Assembly: GCA_963733035.1 (NCBI GenBank)
Contig: CAVTBU010000009.1
Coordinates: forward strand, 280,022-344,021
DNA from: Pirellulales bacterium
Lineage (GTDB): Bacteria; Planctomycetota; Planctomycetia; Pirellulales; PALSA-1355
Length of the DNA: 64,000 nt
Direction: 5' to 3'
Part shown: piece after piece, positions 30,963 to 39,738 of the stretch
How positions within the stretch are numbered: the first letter of the stretch is position 1
How the letters are laid out: each line of letters opens with the position of its first letter
Program-made: the position numbers and the translations under genes
Notes under the pieces: model-generated
The model's database searches: none
The model's input: only the letters and a program-made list of their open reading frames with translations
Told to the model about the DNA's origin: nothing

Positions 30963-32009
30963 ATGCGGCCGATACTGACTCTTGCGGCGGTCCTGGCATG
31001 CGCCGTCGGTGCTTGGCCCCAGGCTATCATGGCGCAAGTGCCGGCCATTCTAAGGCCGTCCAACGGCATCGAGGCACAGCCGCAGAATCCGCAGCAGCGT
31101 CCCCCGGTCATCACTGCGGTCGCGATCGTACCCGGGGGCAAAACCGTCGCCACGGCCGGCGACGACCACCTCGTGCGCCTATGGAGCACGACCACCGGCC
31201 AGCTCCTGTTTAAGCTGCAAGAACACAGCGACTGGGTCCGAGCTTTGGCGGTCAGCCCCGACGGAATGACCCTGGCATCGGCCGGAGACGATCACCGGGT
31301 TGTGCTTTGGGAGCTGTCCACTGGGAAGAAGCTTCACTCACTGCCGCCGCACCCGCACGTGATTTACTCACTGGCGTTCAGCCCCGACGGCAAGCTTTTG
31401 GCGACCGCGGGCTTCGAATCGAAAGTGCGCGTCTACGACGTGGAGAAACGCGCACTGCCCGACGAATTGGAAGGCCCCGGAGTGGACCTTCGAACAGTCG
31501 CCTTTTCCGCTGACGGAACTCGGTTGGCCGCGGCTGGCCGGAGCGGCAAGGTTCGCGTTTGGAAAATCCCGGGCGGAGACGTCGACCTCGAGATTCCCTC
31601 AACCGGCGTTGGACGGCTACGTACGTTGGCCTGGCTGCCAGACGGCCAAATGTTGGTAACCGCCGGCGAGAATCGAATCGTCGCGGTATGGGATGCCCAT
31701 ACCGGAGCTCCCCTGCGGCGGATTCAATGTCCGGCCGGAAAATTGCTCTCCATGGTTGTTTGCGGCGACACACTGCTCGCGACCGGGGGCAGCGACAATG
31801 TAATCCGCGTTTGGAATTGGCAAGATGAAATCGAGACCGAACAACTCGTAGGGCATACCGGATCGGTTGCTTCGCTGGCCTACGATCCGGCAAGCGGCAC
31901 GATCATTTCCGGCAGCTTCGATACGACCGTCCGCGTCTGGAAGCTCAAGCGGGTGGGTCCGGGCCAGGATACAGCCGTCGAACTGAATCAAGAATCACGG
32001 GTGCGTTAG
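30963..32009 (+). CDS. Exported WD40-repeat protein
   Basis: Signal peptide and about 7 WD40 repeats (HSDWVRALAVSPDG..LASAGDD..VVLW; GHTGSVASLA..SGSFDTTVRVW). Confidence 0.92.
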   Translation: MRPILTLAAVLACAVGAWPQAIMAQVPAILRPSNGIEAQPQNPQQRPPVITAVAIVPGGKTVATAGDDHLVRLWSTTTGQLLFKLQEHSDWVRALAVSPDGMTLASAGDDHRVVLWELSTGKKLHSLPPHPHVIYSLAFSPDGKLLATAGFESKVRVYDVEKRALPDELEGPGVDLRTVAFSADGTRLAAAGRSGKVRVWKIPGGDVDLEIPSTGVGRLRTLAWLPDGQMLVTAGENRIVAVWDAHTGAPLRRIQCPAGKLLSMVVCGDTLLATGGSDNVIRVWNWQDEIETEQLVGHTGSVASLAYDPASGTIISGSFDTTVRVWKLKRVGPGQDTAVELNQESRVR

Positions 32010-32076
32010 CTGCGGGCGAAGGTCACGGGCAAGGATGCGTTTGAGGCGCTGGGAATCGAGACAAGGAGGATCGGCC

Positions 32077-35000
32077 GTGGGCCTGTTAGGAACAATCTCG
32101 AAACTGGGGCGCTGGTTCGACAACGCGCGCTTCGACGAACCGCACACCACCGCGCGCCGTTTGCGCATCTGCCGTTTCGAGGAAATCGAAAGCCGTCAAT
32201 TGCTGGCCGCCGATCTGCACGTCGGCAGCGTGTACTACGAACAAGCATCTGGCGACGATCAGCTGCCGAACCTGATCCAGTTCACCTTCGAGGGAGGCGC
32301 ACCCGGCACCCAGCTCACGCAAATCGTCATCGACGGAGACAAGAACAAAGACGGCAAGTCTTCTGGCGACGTCTTCTTCGACACCGCGCCAGGTGGCTAT
32401 GGCTCGTTTCAATCCAATCCGTTCAAAGTCGTGAAGCATGACGGTTTTAGCGTCACGAACTTCCACGTGGTTGACGGCGGGATGAAGCTCGTCATCGACC
32501 TCGATGGGTTTACCGCCGGTGACACTTTATTAATCAGCATCGACGTCGACGAGTTTCAGTACGTCTTCGGGAGTGCCGTCGACACGAACGCGGTCGTCGA
32601 AGGCGGGGAGTTCCAGCGTTCGCATTTTGACGCCACTTTCCAGGCACCGCACTACCAGGACCTGACGACCCAGGTGTTGTTTTGGGATGCCTTCGACCAG
32701 AATTTTGCGAACGCCGCATCCGAGGCGGGCTCAACTCTCAAGCTGCCAAACGACCGCTATTCGACCACGACCGACCTATCCGACCTGACGGCCGGCGCCG
32801 TAGCTGTTGATAAACAGGTCGCACTTCCCAATAGTCTGTCGGGCGTGGTTTACCTCGATCAAAACCTGAACAACCATCAGGACGCGGGTGACACGGGACT
32901 TGGTGGCGTGCACCTTGCCCTGCTGAAACTCGACGGCGGAAACTACGTCTCGACCGGAAAAACAACCGTCACCGACGCACTCGGCCGGTACCACTTTGAC
33001 AATTTGGAAATCGGCACGTTCCGCGTTGTTGAGACTCAGCCGAATGGCTATTTCAGCGTTGGCGCCACGCCCGGCAAGGTGGGAACGCAAACTCGGGGCG
33101 TCGTGACCACAAGCGATATTATCAGCCAGATCAATCTGCTCGGCGGCGAAGACAGCGTACACAACGACTTTGCGGAGTATCTGCCGGTCAGCATTGCCGG
33201 CCGCGTCCACGTGAACACGACCGGAGATTGCTCCAACCCGGAGAACCCGCCCCTGGCCGGCGTAACCATCCACCTGCTGGATGCGTCGGGCAAGATCATC
33301 GACACGGTGACCACCGGGGCCGACGGCCGATACAAGTTCGACAACCTCCGGCCGGGTACGTACGGTGTGCAAGAGGTTCAGCCCATCGGTTACTTCAGCG
33401 GCGCCACGTTCGTCGGCTCGGCCGGCGGCGACAAGGGGAACGACATCGTCACGAACGTCATACTCACCTCGGGCATCGACGCCGTGTCGTACGACTTTTG
33501 CGAGATCCCGCCCGCGAGCCTCTCGGGCTACGTCTACGTAGACACCAACAACAACGGCAAGAAGGATCCAGGCGAAGTCCCCATCGCCGGCGTGACCTTG
33601 ATTCTCAAGGACTCCAACGGGCAACCCACCGGGGCGACGACCACGACCAATGCCTTGGGTTACTACGAGTTCACGGGCTTGCACCCCGGAACCTACGGCG
33701 TGGGTGAAGTGCAACCGTCGGGCTATTTGGACGGACTCGACTCGGCCGGCAGCGCCGGCGGCACCGCCCAGAATCCGGGCGACATGATTACCGGTGCCGT
33801 ACTGGCCGGCGGCATGGCAGCCGTAAACTACAACTTCGGCGAACTGCTGCCCGTCAGCATCAGTGGCCGCGTGCACGTCAACGTCAACGGCGACTGCGAC
33901 GACCCCAGCAATCCACCGCTCCCAGGCGTAAAAATCGAACTACTCAATTCCACGGGCCAGGTCATTTCGACAACGACGACAGACGACCAGGGTTACTACA
34001 TCTTTGATACGCTGCCACCGGGCACGTATAGCGTGCACGAGATTCAGCCCGACGGCTACTTTGATGGCGGTCAGGACGTTGGTTCGGCCGGCGGAGTGGA
34101 GCATGATGACTTGATCACCGACATCGTGCTGACCTCCGGCACGGCGGCGATTGACTACAACTTCTGCGAAATCCCTCCTGCCGAGCTGTGCGGCAACGTG
34201 TATGTCGACTTGAATAACAATGGTATCAAAGAAGCTGGCGAAATCGGCATCGCGGGAGTCACGCTGTACTTGAAGGACGCGAGCGGCAATCCACTTGGGG
34301 TCACGGTCGTGACCGATGCCAGTGGACACTACTGTTTTACAAACCTCCGCCCCGGTACCTACGGCGTCGGCGAAGTGCAGCCCGACGGTTACTTCGACGG
34401 CCTCGATACGCCAGGGACCGCCGGCGGTACGGCCATGAATCCAGGAGACATGATCACGGGCGCCGTGCTGACCGCCGGTTTACATGCCGAAGACTACAAC
34501 TTCGGTGAGTTGCCACCCGCCGAATTGTGTGGGTACGTATACGTCGACGTCAACAACAACGGCGTCAAGGACCCAGGCGAGCAGGGAATCGAAGGCGCAA
34601 CCTTGTACCTCAAGGGTGCCGACGGAAATCCGCTGGGCGTGACGGTGACGACCGACGCGACGGGTCTCTATTGCTTCGAGAATCTGCGGCCCGGAACATA
34701 TGGCGTTGGTGAAATCCAACCGGACGGTTACTTCGACGGCCTCGACTCGGCCGGTTCCGCGGGCGGAGTGGCGATGAACCCCGGCGACATGATCATGGGC
34801 GCTGTTTTGACGCCCGGCCTGCACGCGCGGAACTACAATTTTGGCGAGTTGCCCCCGGCGAGCATCGCGGGTCGCGTGCACGTCAACACGACCGGTGATT
34901 GCGAAGACCCGTCCAATCCACCCCTGGCAGGGGTCACCATTCACTTGCTGGACGCAACGGGGAACATCGTCGCCACGGCAACGACCGGCGCCGACGGTCG

Positions 35001-36804
35001 ATACCTGTTCGACGACCTGATGCCGGGAACCTACTCGGTGCAAGAGGTCCAGCCCAGTGAGTACTTCGACGGCGACACGTCGGCCGGCTCCGCGGGGGGC
35101 GACGCGACTTCCAACTTGATCGACAACATTGTGCTCATCTCGGGGTTGCATGCCATTGACTACAACTTCTGCGAGATCCCGCCGGCCACCTTGTCGGGAC
35201 ACGTGTTTCAGGATGGACCGCCGATACCCGTAGCCGTCCAGAATGAAGTCCCCGATGTGCTCAATTTGCGCGACGGCAAGTTGACGCCTGACGACACGCT
35301 GCTGCCGGGCGTTGTCTTGATGCTTCGCGACGGCGTGACCGGCCTGCCGATCTACGGTTCGACGGCGCTGGCTGGCCATTACGCGGCCGATCAGCCCATC
35401 ACCACGGTGACCGATTCCAACGGATACTATCAGTTTGTCGGCCTGCCGCCGGGCACGTACGCCGTGTACGAAGTCCGGCCCGACGGATACTATCCCGGCA
35501 TCGACACGCCTGGTTCGACCGGCGGCGTCGTGATCAGTCCGCTAGTCGTAACCGATGCCGGCGTGTTGGGCGCGCTAGAAACGCCACCGGCCGATGACGC
35601 CCTGGTGCAGATTGCAGTGTCTGTGGGCGCCAATTCCACGGACAACAATTTCAGCGTTGTGACGACAGTTTTCAGCGTGCCCATCTTCCCGTTCCCGCCG
35701 AAACCGGGAGGCGGTGCGCCGGCACTGTTTCAGAACTACTTCCCACAAATTCAACCGGTCAATCCGCTGGTGATCACGCAAACTCCCTTTTACTTGCAGC
35801 CGATCCAGACGCGAGGTGGCGGGGCGTTTTACACCTGGCACCTCAGCGTCGTCGATGCGGGTTACCCGCGCGGCATCGTTGGCGAGGACGGGGTGCAACT
35901 TACGTCCGTCCGGCCCGAAGATCAAATCCTTTGGGCCGACGACCAGATGGACGACGCCGAGTGGACTCTGCTCGACTTGTCGGGCAAACAACCAGTCAAG
36001 CGGAACGTAAAGTTCGGCATGAAGAACAGCATTGCCGTTAGCGGCGACTTCAACGGCGACGGGCGGTTTGAATTTGGCGTGTTCAAAGACGGATACTGGT
36101 TTATTGACCTCAACGACAATGGAGTGTGGGATGCGGGCGATTTGTGGGCCAAATTAGGCCATCAGGGTGATCGTCCAGTTACAGGTGACTGGGACGGTGA
36201 CGGCAAGACCGACATCGGCATCTACGGCCCCGCCTGGAGCGGCGATCCGCGTGCCATTGCCCACGAACCGGGTCTGCCCGACCCCGACAACAAGAACACC
36301 GACAAGCTCAAGAATATTCCGCGTCCACAGGAGCAGAATACGGTTGGACAGCGCACGCTCAAGCGGACCGCCGATGGCAAGCCCCGCAGCGATTTGATCG
36401 ACCACGTGTTCCTATACGGGACGCCGGGCGATCATCCTCTCGTGGGCGATTGGAACGGCGACGGGGTCGACACGGTCGCGGTATTCCGCGATGGCTTGTG
36501 GCGCTGTGACAGCGACGGCGACGGCAAGCGAAGCGATTCCGACCAATCCGAAACGTTCGGTCATCACGGCGACCTGCCGCTGTCGGGCGACTTCAACGGC
36601 GATGGCATCGACGAGATTGCCGTCTATCGCGATGGCACGTGGTATATCGATACCAACAACAACGGCGTCATCGACAACGACGACATGGTGCTCCAACTGG
36701 GCGGTCCGAACGACACGCCGGTCGTCGGCGACTGGGACGGTGATGGGCGCGACGAGCCCGCCGTGTTCCATCAGCCGCCAAGCATGCGTACCGCAGTGCG
36801 ATAA
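32077..36804 (+). CDS. Large surface protein: planctomycete extracellular motif, 8 SdrD-B-like repeats, C-terminal FG-GAP/VCBS-like repeats
   Basis: RRLRICRFEEIESRQLLA; repeats of SxxGxVxxDxNxNG...TTDxxGxYxFxxLxPGTY..E.QP.GY; repeated GDF/WxGDG motifs; RBS AAGGAGG before GTG 32077. Confidence 0.9.
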   Translation: MGLLGTISKLGRWFDNARFDEPHTTARRLRICRFEEIESRQLLAADLHVGSVYYEQASGDDQLPNLIQFTFEGGAPGTQLTQIVIDGDKNKDGKSSGDVFFDTAPGGYGSFQSNPFKVVKHDGFSVTNFHVVDGGMKLVIDLDGFTAGDTLLISIDVDEFQYVFGSAVDTNAVVEGGEFQRSHFDATFQAPHYQDLTTQVLFWDAFDQNFANAASEAGSTLKLPNDRYSTTTDLSDLTAGAVAVDKQVALPNSLSGVVYLDQNLNNHQDAGDTGLGGVHLALLKLDGGNYVSTGKTTVTDALGRYHFDNLEIGTFRVVETQPNGYFSVGATPGKVGTQTRGVVTTSDIISQINLLGGEDSVHNDFAEYLPVSIAGRVHVNTTGDCSNPENPPLAGVTIHLLDASGKIIDTVTTGADGRYKFDNLRPGTYGVQEVQPIGYFSGATFVGSAGGDKGNDIVTNVILTSGIDAVSYDFCEIPPASLSGYVYVDTNNNGKKDPGEVPIAGVTLILKDSNGQPTGATTTTNALGYYEFTGLHPGTYGVGEVQPSGYLDGLDSAGSAGGTAQNPGDMITGAVLAGGMAAVNYNFGELLPVSISGRVHVNVNGDCDDPSNPPLPGVKIELLNSTGQVISTTTTDDQGYYIFDTLPPGTYSVHEIQPDGYFDGGQDVGSAGGVEHDDLITDIVLTSGTAAIDYNFCEIPPAELCGNVYVDLNNNGIKEAGEIGIAGVTLYLKDASGNPLGVTVVTDASGHYCFTNLRPGTYGVGEVQPDGYFDGLDTPGTAGGTAMNPGDMITGAVLTAGLHAEDYNFGELPPAELCGYVYVDVNNNGVKDPGEQGIEGATLYLKGADGNPLGVTVTTDATGLYCFENLRPGTYGVGEIQPDGYFDGLDSAGSAGGVAMNPGDMIMGAVLTPGLHARNYNFGELPPASIAGRVHVNTTGDCEDPSNPPLAGVTIHLLDATGNIVATATTGADGRYLFDDLMPGTYSVQEVQPSEYFDGDTSAGSAGGDATSNLIDNIVLISGLHAIDYNFCEIPPATLSGHVFQDGPPIPVAVQNEVPDVLNLRDGKLTPDDTLLPGVVLMLRDGVTGLPIYGSTALAGHYAADQPITTVTDSNGYYQFVGLPPGTYAVYEVRPDGYYPGIDTPGSTGGVVISPLVVTDAGVLGALETPPADDALVQIAVSVGANSTDNNFSVVTTVFSVPIFPFPPKPGGGAPALFQNYFPQIQPVNPLVITQTPFYLQPIQTRGGGAFYTWHLSVVDAGYPRGIVGEDGVQLTSVRPEDQILWADDQMDDAEWTLLDLSGKQPVKRNVKFGMKNSIAVSGDFNGDGRFEFGVFKDGYWFIDLNDNGVWDAGDLWAKLGHQGDRPVTGDWDGDGKTDIGIYGPAWSGDPRAIAHEPGLPDPDNKNTDKLKNIPRPQEQNTVGQRTLKRTADGKPRSDLIDHVFLYGTPGDHPLVGDWNGDGVDTVAVFRDGLWRCDSDGDGKRSDSDQSETFGHHGDLPLSGDFNGDGIDEIAVYRDGTWYIDTNNNGVIDNDDMVLQLGGPNDTPVVGDWDGDGRDEPAVFHQPPSMRTAVR
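32830..35660 (+). repeat. Tandem intragenic SdrD-B-like repeats (8 units of about 110 aa)
   Basis: Most units are bounded by N/DF(G/C/A)E(L/I/Y)(P/L)P. DNA-level similarity is visible between units 5 and 6 and between units 2, 4 and 7. Confidence 0.85.
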
Positions 36805-36836
36805 CGGACAATCGGCTGACGCACTAGCGGCCGGAG

Positions 36837-37001
36837 TTAGCCGATCTTTTCGAGCTCGGCCTTGGTCGCTGCAATGTCGCCTTCCAGGCGACGGACTTCT
36901 TCGGGGTCGTCCATCTGCTTGCGGGCGCCGGCAAGCTGTTGCTGGAGCTTTTGCATTCGCTGCCGGAGTACGTCCTGCTTCTTCTTCGCCTTTTTGTCCA
37001 C
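36837..37001 (-). CDS. Small (54 aa) coiled-coil protein
   Basis: Below the ORF-track cutoff. GTG 37001 with RBS GAGGAG gives MDKKAKKKQDVLRQRMQKLQQQLAGARKQMDDPEEVRRLEGDIAATKAELEKIG*, 17 nt after the upstream stop. Confidence 0.75.
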   Translation of the reverse strand: MDKKAKKKQDVLRQRMQKLQQQLAGARKQMDDPEEVRRLEGDIAATKAELEKIG

Positions 37002-37018
37002 TCAAGTCTCCTCGCTGA

Positions 37019-37693
37019 TCAGTCCGTCGTGTCGGGTTCTTGCTGTTTGAGCCCCCGCACCAACAGCAGGGCGTCAATCGGCTGGAATTCGAAACATTCG
37101 CCCAGGAGTGTTGCGGCGGCGTACTCGTTGATCTCGGCAATTGTAGCGCCAAGGTCCTCGAACCGCCGCCCCAAATCAGGGTAGCGCTGCAACTGCCGCT
37201 GGAACGCCTGAGCTCCACGGCGGGCCTGGCTGGGCCGCACATCAAAGACCTCGGAGATCAGCCGGGCTGCGCTGGTCAATTCGCCGCTTTTGGCATGTAG
37301 CACGATGCCGGCAAATGTCTCAACCATCGGTTCGGCCACTGGCTCGTCGCGCGACGGCGGAGCGGGCAATGCCAACACCGTCAGCGGGTTTGCCGCGTCC
37401 ACGTCGAGTGTTGACGATGGGCTGCAAGCCAGGTCGGCGTAGACGATCTCACTGGCCGTCGCATCGGCCACGGGCTGGGGCGGAGCAGGCGGGAGGTTCG
37501 AAAGCATCGCGTTGAGATGCGCCAAACGTCCGCCCAATTGCTCGTAGATCTGTTCGATCTCGCTGAGATACGTGGCCCCTTCGGCGTCTTGTTCGATTTC
37601 ATGCTGCGATTCGATAACCCGCAGCGTCAGCCGCTCTGCCAGGGCGTCGCGGGCCTTTTGCAAAATTGAAATGGCCTGGGAATGTGGATTCAT
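37019..37693 (-). CDS. Hypothetical protein (helical N-domain, Pro/Ala linker, helical C-domain)
   Basis: 224-aa ATG ORF with genome-like codon use, collinear with its neighbours. Confidence 0.7.
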   Translation of the reverse strand: MNPHSQAISILQKARDALAERLTLRVIESQHEIEQDAEGATYLSEIEQIYEQLGGRLAHLNAMLSNLPPAPPQPVADATASEIVYADLACSPSSTLDVDAANPLTVLALPAPPSRDEPVAEPMVETFAGIVLHAKSGELTSAARLISEVFDVRPSQARRGAQAFQRQLQRYPDLGRRFEDLGATIAEINEYAAATLLGECFEFQPIDALLLVRGLKQQEPDTTD

Positions 37694-37783
37694 GACTAAC
37701 TACGGGGCTTGGAAGTGGGGCCGCCGCCTCTGATTTTCCCCCTTAGCGACATGAAATGCCGCATTCGGGGTGCTTCCTCCAGA

Positions 37784-38320
37784 TTAATTGAGCCGGAGCG
37801 CGGCTGCAAAAGGCTTTTGCGCTGAGTCCTGGGCCGCCCCCGCCGCCCGCTCAGCGGGCGGCTCTTTAGGCGTTTTCTCCGCGGTTCGCAGGACGCCCGA
37901 CAGACATACCACCAGGACCGCCAGCAGGATGTTCAAGTTGAGCCACATGCGGGCATTTCGCCGCAGGGCCTCGGCTGCAGCGGTCTTCCCGACCAGCAAG
38001 CTGGCAATGGCAAAAATGACCAACGCCAGCAGGAACTTCATACCGAACACCATGTGGTACCAACGGGGCACCTGGAAACGACTGATCGTGGTCATGAAAT
38101 TGTACAGACCGCTCACCAGCAAAAATGCGATTGCCGCTGCCACCATCTTCGACCAGCGACCGCGCATTACGGCGTGCAGTTCGTCGCGCTCGTCGACTGG
38201 CAGGGGAGCGAGCGACGGAAATACGACAAAACGGGCAAAGATACTTCCCCCGACGGCCGTAATCGCCGCCAGGATGTGCAGCCAACGAAACACGAGCCCA
38301 AGGACGAACTGAAAATCCAT
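37784..38320 (-). CDS. CopD-like 4-TM membrane protein
   Basis: RWLHILAAITAVGGSIF, LLVSGLYN, YHMVFGMKFLLA. Confidence 0.7.
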   Translation of the reverse strand: MDFQFVLGLVFRWLHILAAITAVGGSIFARFVVFPSLAPLPVDERDELHAVMRGRWSKMVAAAIAFLLVSGLYNFMTTISRFQVPRWYHMVFGMKFLLALVIFAIASLLVGKTAAAEALRRNARMWLNLNILLAVLVVCLSGVLRTAEKTPKEPPAERAAGAAQDSAQKPFAAALRLN

Positions 38321-38344
38321 ATCACCACTCGCATTCAACAGAGA

Positions 38345-39652
38345 CTACAACTGTTTGCGTAAACGGTCGACCAACTTGAGGGCCTGCTGCTTGCTGCTGA
38401 TCTGCCCATCGAGCTGCGCATCGCGCACGGCTTGCAGCATCCGCTGATACTGTTTGCCACGTGGCACGCCGTGCGCAATCAGATCATCGCCGGAAAGTAG
38501 CGGCGGAGGGTTCAGGGCCTCGGGCGGCAACAACAGCCTTTCACGGCAAGTGGCGAAATCCGCGGGCGTGGCCGTTGGGCCTTGGCCGTCCGTGCCGCCG
38601 GTCAACGCTTCGTGCAGCGACAGCAATTCGCAAGCACCCTCGCTGGTTAGCAGCGGCTGCAATCGCGACCAGGGCATGTCGGCCGCACCAACCAGTGCCG
38701 CCTGATGTTCGACCAGCCAGCGCAATCGTTTCGATTCTTGGTTCGACAGCTTCCAGCGACGCGCCAGCGCCCACGCCCCCGCAGCGTCGAGGAACGGATG
38801 AACGAGCGTCGCCATGGCCAGCATAAACGAAGGCTCCTTCAGCAGGCTGAGTGCCTCGAGCGCCGCAAGCCAGGCTCTGTCGCCGGCGAACCCGATAGGT
38901 GTCGTGCGATTGGGTTCGTTGGCCGCCGCCACTTCTGGCATGATCTCCGCGAGCAATCCCACATCGTGCAGCAAGTCAACCGCCGCAGCGCGGCTGTGGT
39001 GCATGAGCATGCGGCGCACCTCTTCGGCGATGCGCTCCACGCTCACCACGCCGATTTCCTTGGCCATCGCCTCCACTGCGTCGCGTGTGCGAGGCTCAAT
39101 TGCAAAACCAAACGTGACCGTGAAGCGCACGGCTCGCAACAGCCGTAGCTTGTCTTCCTGGAAACGAGCGCGCGGCTCGCCGATAGCACGCACGACTCCG
39201 CGGCCCAGGTCGTTGACGCCACCGACGTAGTCGATCACGCGATCTTCGAGCGGGTCGTAGAACAAACCGTTGATCGTAAAGTCGCGGCGATGCGCGTCAG
39301 CCTCCGGAGAACTAAACTCCACGGCATCGGGGTGTCGACCGTCGCTATAGGTCACGTCCTGCCGAAAAGTAGCCACTTCAACCTGACCCGCCAATTTAGG
39401 CCCCACCACCGTAATTACACCGAACTGCGCGCCCACCGGAACCGTGCGCCGCTTCGCGAACACTTCGCAGATCTGGTTCGGTCGAGCGTCGGTGGCAACG
39501 TCGTAGTCCTTCGGCGGATGTCCCAATAGGCGATCGCGCACGCAACCGCCAGCCCAATAGGCCTCATATCCGTGTCCGCGCAGCGTGCGCACGACGTCGA
39601 TGGCGAAGTCACGCTGCTTGGTCGGGTCGAGCGGTGCCACAGTTAGTTTCAC
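38345..39652 (-). CDS. cca: CCA tRNA nucleotidyltransferase / poly(A) polymerase family
   Basis: AGGCVRDRLLG..PKDYDVAT, EVATFR, DAHRRDFTING, RFQEDKLRLLRAVRF, LLSGDDLI. Confidence 0.9.
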   Translation of the reverse strand: MKLTVAPLDPTKQRDFAIDVVRTLRGHGYEAYWAGGCVRDRLLGHPPKDYDVATDARPNQICEVFAKRRTVPVGAQFGVITVVGPKLAGQVEVATFRQDVTYSDGRHPDAVEFSSPEADAHRRDFTINGLFYDPLEDRVIDYVGGVNDLGRGVVRAIGEPRARFQEDKLRLLRAVRFTVTFGFAIEPRTRDAVEAMAKEIGVVSVERIAEEVRRMLMHHSRAAAVDLLHDVGLLAEIMPEVAAANEPNRTTPIGFAGDRAWLAALEALSLLKEPSFMLAMATLVHPFLDAAGAWALARRWKLSNQESKRLRWLVEHQAALVGAADMPWSRLQPLLTSEGACELLSLHEALTGGTDGQGPTATPADFATCRERLLLPPEALNPPPLLSGDDLIAHGVPRGKQYQRMLQAVRDAQLDGQISSKQQALKLVDRLRKQL

Positions 39653-39738
39653 CTCGAGGCGTACGGAACCGGGAAACAGCGCCGATTATAGAGATGTGGT
39701 CCCCAACCGATAAGTGCGCGCCCGGCGGCAAACTCCTT

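Noticed and set aside
32830..35660. Repeated DNA segments considered as a possible CRISPR array, DGR template or mobile repeat
   Set aside because: They are ~330-nt in-frame protein-domain repeats. There is no short repeat-spacer pattern and no cas or reverse transcriptase gene in the window.
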